From Takakia lepidozioides (lineage: Eukaryota > Plantae > Bryophyta): DNA of 64,000 nucleotides. Positions 24,640 through 36,880 of this stretch are shown in pieces. Made by a program: the position numbers and the translations under genes. Within the stretch, counting starts at the first letter, position 1, and each line of letters begins with the position of its first letter. The stretch spans positions 73,532,001-73,596,000 of the forward strand of contig CM060732.1 in assembly GCA_030704615.1 (NCBI GenBank), given 5' to 3'. The notes beneath the pieces were generated by a model, which did not search any database, was not told the origin of the DNA, and worked only from the letters and a program-made list of their open reading frames with translations.

Positions 24640-27600
24640 GTCATGTTGGAAAAAAAATTCGAGCCAGTGATGGAGCTGTTACGGGTGCAGGAACTGGACT
24701 TACGGTATAAATTGGGAGATGCACCAGCTCTCCTACGCAAGGAGTCGTGGACTGAGTTCTGTGAAGCTTTGTCTGGCTGTAACTCTCTTCAGAGCCTCTA
24801 TTTACAGGTCTTGCCTTGCTGATCATGATTTGTTCATTTATTGTCATTGTGGCATTTCCAGATAGAAGCTTCCTTGACAACAACTATGTAATTCTTGTCC
24901 TCTGGACAAAACCCTTCTCATTTTGTTTTGATGCTCTTCCTGTGCATATACACAGGGTAATGGATTAGGTGGAAGCAGTAAAGAGGCATGGGAATTCGTT
25001 CAACAGCTCTCTGCAGCAATTTCTGGAGTTCCATGTTTGCAGATTGGAATCAAACAACTTCGGGTAGACTGGTGATCAGAGATTTGGCAAGTGTGGAATC
25101 AAAATTGTTGTGGAGGACTAGAGAAGGACCTTTGGCTCCAGGCAATTGTCTACTTCAGCTGCTACTGACCGTGGTGCATCTGTTTCAATGTTGTAAGTGA
25201 ATGCTTGAATGTGTTCCTTGTGCTGTAGCTAAACTCATCTTAGGCAGTATGGAGAGCTGAAATAGGAGGTGCACTTATAATATGGCAGGGGCTATCTGAC
25301 AGGTGCTCAACATGTCAGCCAATCAATTGGGAGATGATCACTTGAAGCTTAAAATATCTGAATTTCAGCTTTCCTCCTCATTGCATGTAAGCTTGTCTCT
25401 CTTGTTTACTTGGGCCATATACATTCCAGCTAGCTGTTTTTGGGCGTGGCAATATGCAGCTGCATTTACCTGGAGTTAGGCTGTGATTGTCATAATAGTG
25501 TGGAGAAACTCTCGTGGTGACTGACGTGCTTTTCTTTTATTAGTACTGCAGACAAAGTGTTTCATATGCATGGAAGGTGGAACTATGTCATGCCAAGACT
25601 AATCATGAAATGCTAATTTCTCAACTAAAGGTGCATCTGTGGCACAGGCGCTCTATCTGTATGCCAATGAGATAGGGGATGATGGTGCCTTGGCTATTGC
25701 TAGGGCTCTTCTTTGTAACCCAAGGTACAACTCTCAAGATGACAGGCCTCAGGTCGATTCTTCAATGATAAGCCTGATTATGATGATGCTTGCAATTGAG
25801 TGGGGTAAGATTTGCAATCTGTCCGTCGAACACACAGGTTTAGAATCCAGGACTAAGTAAATTACAGGGACTGTTGCAGGCTTAAAATGATAGAGCTGAG
25901 CTCAAACAGGGTCTGTGATGCGGGTGCGATTGGACTCGCAAATGCCCTGCGAGACACTGAGCTTCTTCATGAGATATGGCTTTACCTGGTTGACAATCAG
26001 ATAGGGAGTAATGGTTTACAAGCATGAGGGTGTGTTTGTATCTGGTTTCTGAACCAGCAATATAGTAGTCCAACAACATACCTATTTTTCAATTATAGCT
26101 TACATCCCATTGTCTGCTGATGTATTTTGCTTACAACAATGGACTTCCCATATGTTGGCAGGTAGACGAGATCAAAGGTGTCAATGTCATGTATAGTATC
26201 GACAGTTTTCTGTCAGGAGAACATGCTGTGAGTAGGATTGGCAAGAGCAAAGATACCAGCTTGGAAGGTAGACCATCCTAACTCTATACACATAGAGCTA
26301 GAATATTTTATTTCCTGCAAAAATCCTCAACTAAGGAGTATCCCAACATGCAAGTCTTTCTGTCGGTATGATGTGAGGGCTGAAGTGGTCAAAGCTGGGA
26401 TGGAAGCACAATATAAGATACCACAGGCGATTTTATCTGCCATGGTCATTGTGTCGGTTTTGCAGGTACATCGTGTAGCCCTAGCCCTGCAATTGAATAC
26501 CACGAAGAGAGGCCTGCACTGGGAGAAACTCATCATGCAGATGCACCGCCAATTACTACTGATGCATATGTTTTGAGCTCTATCTATGCAGCCAGAATTG
26601 TGCTTTGCCTGTGCATAACTTAGGTGATCTCAGGTTCAAAGTGTCCACCTTCCAACAGAAAACAGTAATCCGTCAGGATGAAGATACGCTATAATTTATG
26701 CTTCCTTCGGGAGTCTTTGCAGCCAGAAGAGTCATTCAATTAAAACCACATTCCATCTCTTAATTCTGAGTTGGGGAAGTGTTGGGCCTTCCTATGCAGT
26801 TCAGTATACAAGGCTGCAAATAACCAGAAAACTGAGGTTATGAGATTTAGAATGTGACTTTCCTCCTTTAGAGTGAATAAAACAAATTAGCCTTATCCTC
26901 TTCCTGCAACAATAGCAATATTGTTGCCATAGAAACAACCACGATCTGTGAAGTAATATGCATTATTGCACTTGGTAATCTTCTTCAAAGGGTGTCTAGA
27001 GGGAGGAGAGGACAACCTGGGCCATACTTCAAACCCATTTGACTTCTCCATCTCCAAGAAGGCAGTGATGACCTTCACAGCTTGAACGCCCACCCCATGC
27101 TGATGTAGAACATCCCTCCAAGACTCGGGCACAAGTTGATCCAGACTTCCAAGTAGTTCATCAGTAACTGCATGTTCTATTATGTGCTGTGATGGAAGAG
27201 GTGCAACTGAAAGCCTGCCAATCTAACATGATGGGTGACAATTGGCTTGTTCGTAGGGCTGAGCTTATATTTCGTGCCTTGCAACTCTGCCCTCATGCCG
27301 ATGTGCGGGTCGTGATCATTGGGTATTCAGGCATTTTGAAACCTCTCTTGCTTTTAGAACTTCATAGACTACAAGATGTTGCCTTCATGTGCTCTTTATT
27401 ATGGGAAAGGTGGATTAGAGGACAAGTGTGGCTCATGAGGCAAAGCATGGCACCTATAACGTGGCCGTGGGATGTAAGTGTGTGCCAGACCATATCCATA
27501 TCCAGTAAGGGGTGAGGCTGATGGCTTGGCATTCTCCAATCGCCAGGTTAGGTTGACCAGATTCTCTCTGGTCCTTTGATTGTGTGGTCATTTGTTGTTT

Positions 27601-28845
27601 TTGTGTGAGAGAGAGGGAGAGTCATTACATTTTCTAGCCTCAGCAAAAGATGACATTTCTGCATTTCAGTGAAGAGATGCACTCCCTATGCAGAAATGTT
27701 TTCTCCAGATTGAGGTTCAGGGTCCAGTCTTCACATTTTGACGCATGAAGATATGCCATATCAGTTGCAAAGGACAAGTTATGGAATGGAACGGGTTGTG
27801 AAGCATTCCTGAATTGTGGAAGTGGGTGTTACAGTGGAGTGCGAGGAAAGCCACAACTCGCATCCTATCAAGCATTTTGAGGAGATTGAGAGAGAGTACA
27901 ATATCAGCACTAACTCGGGGGACCTTTCAGCTTGGGCCAAGCAAGTATGCTCCTCTGTTGCTTACTTGATTCCTCTTTGTCTCGCACTTTTCACAGTTGT
28001 TTTCTTTTAATGGATGGAATAGAGGCAGACCATTTGCAGGGGTACGGATGTTTATTCTACAGTGCTCAACTCTCTAATCCTGGCCTCACAATGAGGGATG
28101 CTGATGGGTAAGGAGGCTGCTAGGTTTTGGCTGACCATGTGGGTAGGTTGAGGATCAAGGGATATAAAGGATTATGAAAGAGAATGTGATTTTGTTCTGC
28201 CGAATTGATAAATTTAACACTAGATACAAGGTATCGTAGGTGTGGGAGTAGCACCTTCAGCAAATTTCTAAAGTTTTGGAGGTTGGAAGGCTTGAGCGAG
28301 TTCCCCTTCTAGACGAGTGTCAGTGTGAAGAGTCGATATTGAAGCCCTGCTTATTGAGTAAAGCTTTGTGTGGTGGCAGGGTGTGCTTCTTTTAAACACT
28401 TCTTTGACCATCAATGGAAGCACAATGGAAAGTCACAAGCGGGTGTGGAAACCTTTTGTTGATGCTGTAATTGCAGCTGTTTCTTGTCGACCAGGTTCCT
28501 GCATCCCTTTTGCCCTCTGGGTTTGCATGGAGTGTTGGACACATTTACGAATAGTTTTCGGCCTGTGCGTGTCTCCAGGAGAAATCACTACTGATCGACA
28601 AAAGGCATCCAATCCTCAGGGTCCCTCACCTCCGCCCAGATAGTTTTAGAGGTAAGTGTGCTTCAGAATGCTCTTCTGACTCTTCTCTGCAGATTAGTCT
28701 CATGTCTTCTGACATTTTCTTTCCTCCATCCCTGGATGTCTTGCTCACAATGTCATGTGCTATGGAAGGTTGTGGCTACTTTACACAAATAAACAAGGTG
28801 CTCAGGGAGGGAGGAGTGGAGGAGATAGACTGGCAATTGCCATAA
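24640..28845 (+). pseudogene. RI-like leucine-rich-repeat + uracil-DNA glycosylase (UNG family 1)-like fusion pseudogene; 5' exon(s) possibly from ~23780
   Basis: LRR exons VQELDLR/GNGLG, VLNMSANQLGDD, ALYLYANEIGDDGALAIARAL, LKMIELSSNRVCDAGAIGLANAL..LYLVDNQIGSNG. UDG exons AELIFRALQLCPHADVRVVIIG/PYPYPVRGEADGLAFS, GDLSAWAKQ/GVLLLNTSLTI...SHKRVWKPFVDAVI...FALW, IDKRHPIL..PHLRPDSFR/GCGYFTQINKVL...IDWQLP*. Lesions: stop or frameshift near 26025, frameshift near 27875, apparently lost donors, one inverted exon. Confidence 0.78.
27017..27167 (-). other. Inverted exon of the UDG-like domain
   Basis: Minus strand CATGCAG|TT ACT GAT...VPESWRDVLHQHGVGVQAVKVITAFLEMEKSNGFEVWP AG|GTTGTC (151 nt). The phase-2 end joins the plus-strand exon at 27257 (AG+G = Arg, then AELIFRAL). 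Bracketed by CCTCTTCC (26897-26904) and GGAAGAGG (27194-27201). Confidence 0.85.
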
Positions 28846-30131
28846 CTGCAGAAAGTCTCCATGCTTGTCTTTCATCTTGCAATACATACATGACAGTCTC
28901 TTAACATAGGCAGATAGAATATAGGTACAATTTTTGAACATCTGCTTAACTGTCCAGCCAAATTACTGGAAAAAAGTTAAAATAGAAAGCATAATCATCT
29001 ATTTTGTTAATGTCAGAGATGCATTGAAAAGCTCACTGATACAAATATGGCGGACAGATACATAAATTGCACCAAGGCAGTTGTTAAGGTATACTTTCAC
29101 TCTATTGTGCCATATAAGCAGACATGCAACATCTCACAATTGTAGCTCTTCAACATATCCAAACTTTTTGATACTCATTTGAAGACAATTGCGAGATCAA
29201 AACTCACCAAAACTCCAGGAAAAAGGTACAGGAAGACAATCAGGATGCCTGGCTTAAAAGGCATCCTCTTCCAATATTTTCTGCATCACCATGTAAATTA
29301 AAGAAAACTACAGACTTTCACTAACACAGAACCTCACAATCAATCTTGAAGGATTGAACTCCTCCCAAACAGTTCCTCCGCCACTTTTTGAATTGGAACC
29401 ATGCCTTGAAGGAATCAACAAACTCTACCAGATACCGAACTAAACCTCAACAGGTGCAGCACTAGCCAATACAGCAACTAAGACAAGCCCTGCCTGCACC
29501 TGCACACACAGCAACAACTGCTGCCATAAAAGATCTGTAAAAGATAGCAGGCTCCAATGACCTGCAGCATTCTCCTGTGTGGACCCAAAAGTAGTTGACT
29601 AGCACGATGGAGCCATCCTCTGTCTGCCTGCACCTGCTGTCTGTCTGTATCCACCTTCACCTGTCAGTCCAAAGGGCAGGTTAACTTCCATACTCTGCGC
29701 TAAACAGCAGAGCAATTCCTGCAACCTGCAGGTACAACTTGGACACAACTGTGAGCTTGCTTGCCAGATACAGTTACACAAATGCACCTTCGTTCCTAAA
29801 TTACTGCTCACACTTTGAATAGAGTTCCTGTTCCAGCAGAAGTGTAGCATGATGCTCCCATTACAGCTCACAACTCAAACTGGTGTTCATATCAGTGGCA
29901 GCCTAGACTGCCGCCTGCAACAATGTTGAACATTGCATCTATACCTGAGACCTGCGCACATGCTCAGGTTCATTGTCAGTAACCCGACAAAAGACTTCTC
30001 ACAAGACTTGAGAAATTGTGCGATTAGGGTGTAAAAGCTTGCAGTGCAAAGCTTGCCAGTTCTCTGAAGAGATCAATACTTGCATTCAAGATCAGGAGAG
30101 TATCGCAATACAAACCACAAAAAATTCGCCA

Positions 30132-32629
30132 CTAGTCCTCTGCATATGGTGCAGCTCCAGCGGCCCCAGGAGAAGCAGGTGTTGGAGGTTCAGCTTGGCG
30201 CTGCTCCCTCTCACGATTCCACTGTTCGATCTTGGCCCGCCGCTCTGCGGAACCTTCACGAGCCGGACTCCTCCCTCTTCTTTGAGCAGGGCTACGACTG
30301 CGACTTCTATCTCTTCTTCTTCCTCCCCCCCTGCGATCATCAAATGATCGACGATCGTCCCTCTCTTCAAAACGACGACCAAAACCACGGCCCCGTCCAC
30401 CTCGACCCCGACGTGGCTCAAAAAATTCCCTGCACACAAGACATCCACCAGCACCACATTGTACACCACATCTGTACTAGATATATTCATGCCAAAAGAA
30501 GTAACCAAGTACTGTCAGAGCATAACAATTGCAATTTAATCCACAGTAGGATTACAAAACCATACAGCTTCATTAATCATGAAAAAATAGAACGTACAGC
30601 TGCCAGATATACAAATACTTAAGGTCCGCTTTACACCAGGGACAGTGTGACACTTTAAAAATTGAAGCACTGGCATGATTGGATGAAAAAAGTCAAGTGT
30701 CGCCTGGGGCGCCTGGGTTTTTTCTTTGGAGGTGACACTTTGCACATTAAATGCAGATACGTGACACTTCTCAGGCCTCCTCCCATTCATTTTGATAATA
30801 TTATATTATTTCTGTACACTTCCAACCATTTGGAGGAAAAGTTGGCATTAAACAGCCGGAGAAGGTCATGTACTTCACCAAAGTGTCACCTGGAAACTTT
30901 ACACTACTTATTAGGTAACATCATCAATCTTTTCATGGGTGACAGTTTGGGTGACACTAGCAAAGTGTCACCTCAAAACTATCCCGGGTGTAAAGTGGCC
31001 CTAAGCTGACTTCCTGTCTCTATTCACAAGCTCCTCGCTACCACATAACTGCAGGAGATACAGCATTGAAACACAAATACACCAGTACTAACCTTTCTCC
31101 AAATCTACGAGGACTAGCAGGACCCCGTGCTTCCCCACGACCATATGGCGAGTGACTCCTACTGCGGCTACGCCTTCTGTAGCTTCCAAAAAGCTTCCTT
31201 CTGAGTTCCCTGTCACATGCCAAGAAAAACATTTCCTTTAACAGTCTAGGTAAATTTTGCTGGAAGAATATGTACAAATATTGATGTGGAGTAACAGTTA
31301 AAAACCTATTACATCTCTCAACAATAGTCACCTCGAGATTTTCTTCAAATGCATGAAGTTGCAATATCCTCCCCTGTTGCAAGTGTTCTCCTCATACTGC
31401 CTGCATGTGGCTTCCCGGAAATCTGTGACTGGCGAAAAGTCGAGGATGATAGGTCGACCTGAAAGGCAGAAAGTAAATCCTGTTAGAAACCCTCTCGCAT
31501 ACCATGGACAACTCTTCCAAACTAAACAAGGAGACCAAGTAAACAGGCTATGCACAAGCCTGGTGTACAGCAATGTTCCGTGAACAAAGCTACAAGAGCT
31601 TGCAAAATAAAAAATTTACAAATACAGTGAGCATAGCAAAAAAGGAGAATCATTTCTTTGATTTCACTAAACACAGCCAGGATATACCTGCATAGAATCG
31701 CCCATTCAGAGCATTCAAGGCAGCAGCAGCATGCTCCTCTTCACGAAACTTGACATAGACGTTTCCAATCTTCCAGAACGAGTACACAACATCAACGGAT
31801 TGCAAAATATTAGAAAAAGAACACACTCACGCTACATCACATGATGGTTCTCAAAAACCTGGTGGAGAAACAACATGATAGACAGTGATAGACAGATAGT
31901 ATAAACACTGGAATACTTACCATGTGATCAGCAAGATTGTCGCACACATTGAGATTCTCGATCTCACCGTACTTGCTTAGCTCTTCAAAGATGTCTTCGT
32001 AGAAATCCTGAAGCACACAACAAACGTAGATCAAAGCATTAGACAAAAAACGCTGATCTTCTCTTCTCCAAAACTGGCAAGTGATTCAAGAGCTTCACTC
32101 AGAAAGACGTGCACTTCACAAAGTTATATCCCCAGCAGTGAGTCGGGATGTAAACAGAAGAAGGCCAACAATAGCGGATCCGTTCCACCCACTGATTCTA
32201 CACGCGTTGCACTAAGCTGAATTTCCATCCCTTCTAAATCTACAATAACTAAAAACCCTCAACATATTCCAACCTCCTAAGTCGACTTTTATGCATGTTT
32301 CAGACGCACATAAGCGAGGCAGCTTACATAACAGTAAACAAGTGCAAGCCTCTCTGAATCAAAGGAAGAAGGCTGGGACGGACCTCAAAGTGCTCCTGAA
32401 GCTTGCGTGGATCGGACTGCTGAATATTTCCATGCTGGTCCACGCCCCCATGAAATCCAGCATCTGGCGACTGATACATATTAGCCAACAGCAGAGTCTG
32501 GCTAGCCGTAGGCCGGTTATGGAGACGAGAGCATCGATCCCCGTGCCTACACACTCCTATCTTGAAGTAAAACGGGCAGTTGACGCGATCCTTCTCCGTA
32601 CCGAATATGGATGCCAAATGCTCCGCCAT
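30132..32629 (-). CDS. U2AF35: U2 snRNP auxiliary factor small subunit (U2AF35), 6 exons
   Basis: [118 protein letters not shown] domain, plant [19 protein letters not shown] motif. Confidence 0.97.
30623..31001. mobile_element. Tourist/PIF-Harbinger-like MITE in the last U2AF35 coding intron
   Basis: 24-bp imperfect TIRs GGTCCGCTTTACACCAGGGACAGT / rc GGGCCACTTTACACCCGGGATAGT. TAA TSD at 30620-30622 and 31002-31004. Internal AAAGTGTCACC/GGTGACACT motifs in both orientations. Confidence 0.85.
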
Positions 32630-32949
32630 ACTTGCAAATTACGCCTCTCTAAGCTACCTCCCGATGCCAACTCTCTTTCCCCAAACACACAAGCTCCAAC
32701 TCCTCCCCACCCTCCGCGAATCTGCAAAGAGCAGCAAACGCAACGGCGAGCAACGCAGCCCCAAGAGAGGTGAGCGCAAGAGTTGCGAGAGAAGTATCTA
32801 GGGTTATGAACCCTGCCCGTAGTGGGCCGCCATCTGCCCTTACATAATTTCTTGTTGCCCGTAAATATTTCCACTCTCTCATATTTTTCTTCCTGCCCTT
32901 CCTTATGAGGGCAGTGTTGTAGACTCTGCCCTCGAAAAAGATCTTGACA

Positions 32950-33085
32950 CTATGAAGCCTGGGGTTCGTCCCAAGCCTTCAGCTTCGACTATAAAGCCTG
33001 GGGTTTCATCCAAGCCTCAGGTATGGAGCCCATACCTGAGGCTTGGATAAAACCCGGAGCAGACCAAACCCCAGGCTGGGTTTAG
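32950..33085. repeat. Hairpin/direct-repeat cassette between U2AF35 and UCH3
   Basis: Perfect 19-bp stem ATCCAAGCCTCAGGTATGG-agc-CCATACCTGAGGCTTGGAT (extends imperfectly over 33001-33055), preceded by a duplicated AAGCCTGGGGTT...CCAAGCCT unit. Confidence 0.8.
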
Positions 33086-33239
33086 GAAGAGCAGCTGGCG
33101 AAGAAGGCAAACCGCCTCGTCTCTCTTTCTATTTATGAGGATCTTCCTCTCCTTCATTCTTCTGAGAGATTGTGGTTGCAATTCTGAGTCTTCTTTACTC
33201 TGTATACACTTTGAAGTAATTGGTTTCTGATTCTCGCAA

Positions 33240-36200
33240 ATGGGTGACTGTGGGAGGAAACGATGGTTGCCTTTGGAGGCGAATCCTGACGTTATGAATC
33301 AAGTAAGTTTGTAATGTAGATTCTTGTGATGATCTGTATTGGAAGCTGTTGATGTAATTGGAGGAAATCTGTGGTCTGACGGTGGCCAGTGCTGATTGCT
33401 TGTCTGCATGATCCCCCTTCCCCGGGTGATTTGTTGTTTGAATGACGATGAAGAAACAATTTTGCTATTGATCCAAGGACAATTTTGGAGGACTGTGAAT
33501 GTTCTTACACTAATTTGATCATTGTTTGTAACCTCGTGTGTGTCAGTCCGAAGAGTCTTTGTTTGTGAGACAGACAGGATGTGTGATGGGGGGAAGGTTA
33601 TACAAGGTCATGTGTAGCAATTTATGTAGTGTGTAGAGCACGACTATGGTGGTGAGAGGCTAGTGAGTAAAACAACCTCTAAATTACCTCTAATTTATTT
33701 GGGAGCGATTGATGCAGTTTGTGCAAGGGCTGGGGTTTCCAGCAGAGGCAGGGTTTCATGATGTATATGGCTTTGATGACGATCTCCTGTCTATGGTCCC
33801 AACTCCGGTCCTTGCTGTGCTCCTTCTTTTTCCCATTACGCAAGAGGTATGTTTGTTTGACGGTTTTGCTACTTCAGGATTTCACCTTTGGTCTAAACCT
33901 TCTTTCGGGGAATTTATGATCTGCTCAATCCGTTAGTTTCATCTCATATATGGAGTCAGGGTTTTGGATTTCTGTCATCCTGTCTATTCTGCTGTTCTCA
34001 GAGGGGTGTCGTAGAGTTTGCAAATGTAGTTTGTGCTGCTTAGAACAAGAATCAGAAATCCACGGAAGCTGGTTGACAGAGGGGTGGGCATGCTTGCCAG
34101 TCTGAAGCAGCAAACTGTGCAGAGCAGGAGAGGATTTCCGAGAAAGGACTGAAAGTAGGTTCAACCTAGCTTAAACCTTCTCATTGCTTTCTTCTTATTC
34201 TATTTTCTTTTCTATTCATTGCTTCTGCTGCTGGTTATGTGCTAAAAGGAAAATACCACATGAGTAATTTATGATAGGCAGCATGTGTGTAGGGTGACTT
34301 GACAACCACAGGCGGGGACCATGGCAGGTGAGTGAGAAGGTGTACTTCATGAAGCAAACTGTGGGCAATGCCTGTGGGACAATTGGCCTGCTTCACGCAA
34401 TAGGCAACAACCTGCGTCAGATTGAACTTGGTAGGCAGTGTAAACGTGTAAACCACTTTTTCTTTTGTTTAAGATTATGCATTGAACCTTGTTTGTGCGA
34501 TTGTAGAGTTGAATGTATTGTGGTGTTGGATTCACTATGTAAGCAAGCAAAATAGGTCCTCAGTGTACTTCAGTGGCAGAAAGCCGATAAAGTGGGTGTT
34601 GTGCAAGTGCAGCGGAGGGATCATATCTGTCTCGATTTTTCAAATCAACATCCACCATGTCTTCGAATGAGGTTTGTATCTTTGTTTGTCTTGCTCACTT
34701 GTTCATGATTGGTGCTTGTGGGCCTGAGAGTGAGACTCAAGTGCCAAGTAGTTAATGACGTGGGATGCATGGGGCAGAGGGCCATATTTCTTGAGAGTGA
34801 CACGGAGCTGGAGGGTGCTCACTCGTTGGCTGCCAATGCTGGTGATACTGTGGTAGCTCTCATCCTGTCCCATGATTTTTTTTATTGCCGGATCTTTTTT
34901 GTTCTTGCTGGGTGAAATTGTTTCTTTTCCTTAGCCCTTGGCAAGGAGATTCATCACATCGGTGTGCCGGATCTTTTTGTTCTTGCTGGGGTGAAGTTGT
35001 TTCTTTTCCTTAGCCCTTGGCAAGGAGATTCATCACATGAGCGTGTGGGTGGAGGTATATGTATTGCTGTGAACATTTTCTTGGGGTGAAAGATTACACC
35101 CTGATGCTGATTGACAGGAGTAAGGTCCAGGAGGGTTGAGCACTTTGTCTGGTGAAAGCTTTCCCCCATAAGCCCTTTACTGACATTTATGATTTTGGAG
35201 GTACACCCCTTTTCTAGACATCTTTGAGAAGGAGTGATGTAGATCCAGGTCCCACTGCTGGATTCCTGTCAGAAGAGCATGTTTCTGACAGTAGTGATTT
35301 TGGAGGTACCCACCTTTTCTAGATCTTTGAGAAGGAGTATGAAATCCAGGTAAATGGTACTAGTCATTATCAGTTTGTCTAAGAGCGGCAGTCACGGATA
35401 GCAGCATACCCTGGTGAAAGCTTGCCTCTGAGTGAGAACATGTTACCAGCATTTAACATTTGAAGGTACATCTTCAAGGAGTCATAAAGAACCTAAATCC
35501 AGGTACAATTTACTAGTCATTATCAGTTGTTCTAAGAGGGACAGTTTGAATTTACAGAGAGCAGTATACAAGCTTCATACTAACCTCGCAAGAACATAAC
35601 GGCTCTTCCCAATGACTACTAGCACACTGATATTGCAGGTGCCCGCAACCCACGATGAATTATCGTCACTCACTTAAGAGAGTGTGTGTGGAATTTTCTG
35701 TATGAAGGGAGACAACACATTAGTGATGCAAGGAATTTTGGCTATATTGAGATGTGTGCTCATTGGTGGCATCATTGGTGGGGTGTTATGACAACCACAC
35801 TTACGAGGATGTATGTTGAATTTGCTGTCACACTTGTAGACCAAACTCTGTTTCCACACACATGTCCATGATATCTGTGTGCAATCTGTCTTTGATCTCT
35901 CTACTCAGTGTTCTATGAAGGGTGACAACACATCAGTGATGCCTTGATTTTTAGATTTATTGAGGTGTATGCTCATTGGTGGTATCATTGGTGGGGGTGT
36001 TCATGACAGCCACCGGATATAACGACGTCGGTGGACTTGCATTTCGTGTGCTTTGTATGTGTTGATGGTGGGTATTTCTTAACTACTATGCTGGTCTCTT
36101 CATACTCTAGCATGGCCTGTGAGGTTTCTCATGTCCCACGGTCTCATCAGCCTTATCAGAATGTCTTTTATCAGAGTCGGATGCAAATAACATCGGCAGC

Positions 36201-36880
36201 AATAGTAGCTCTGGATTGGGATGGTCCTGGCTTTATGGGTTGGGCCTTCAGTCAAAGAAACCAGGTTTGGATATCTAAGTTGGTAGGTAAGTAGCAATTC
36301 TACTCTCAAAACAGATAAATGTAAAGAATTGCCATCAAATCAGCAAGGCATGCATTGCCAACTCTGAGCCATGCAATAGGTTTGTTGTTTGCTCTTGCAT
36401 CTGCCAGGTGGTGTAACATAGTTAGATATGGACGGTGTGTATAGCAAGGTATGTGCCTAGGCTCTTAGTTCATGGAGTAGGATAGGCATGACATCCTGGT
36501 TTTTCTCTAGCTTGGTGTTTTGTGAACCTGGGCAAGGAGAATCATAAAGACCACAGACATGATGATTTGAGTCTCAAATTATTACAACTGAGAAGGGCCT
36601 ATGGGATGCAGGAGGTCTATATGAACTCGATGGGAGGAAGCAGCATCCTGTCTACCATGGAACATCATCACCTGAGTCTTTGCTTAAGGTAACATGTTTT
36701 CACAGAGTTGTGCTTGTCTTTTGTCAACTATTAAAGTGAGCCTCCTATCTTCTGACATTGAAAGCAATGTGATGTAATGTGCTGGTGGTGCAGGATGCAG
36801 TGAAAACAATAAAGGAGTTTGTGGCAAGGAACCCACAGTCAGTGAATTTCAATGTCATCTCTCTCTCCAAGTCTGAGTAG
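33240..36880 (+). CDS. UCH3: Ubiquitin C-terminal hydrolase, peptidase C12 (UCH3/UCH-L3 type), ~9 exons
   Basis: [65 protein letters not shown] (catalytic Cys), VDLHFVCF (His), LYELDGRK (Asp), [12 protein letters not shown]. Confidence 0.95.
34887..36013 (+). repeat. Stack of short tandem/direct duplications in a UCH intron
   Basis: ~34887-34960 approximates 34966-35038; ~35189-35250 approximates 35295-35352; ~35696-35797 approximates 35911-36013. Confidence 0.8.

Noticed and set aside
27257-28845. Functional plant UNG gene
   Set aside because: Frameshift near 27875, inverted upstream exon and loss of the GQDPY and HPSP motifs.
30080-30622. 180-aa plus-strand ORF and similar long ORFs (32291, 41793, 10952)
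   Set aside because: These lie antisense to real exons or in low-complexity UTR/promoter sequence.
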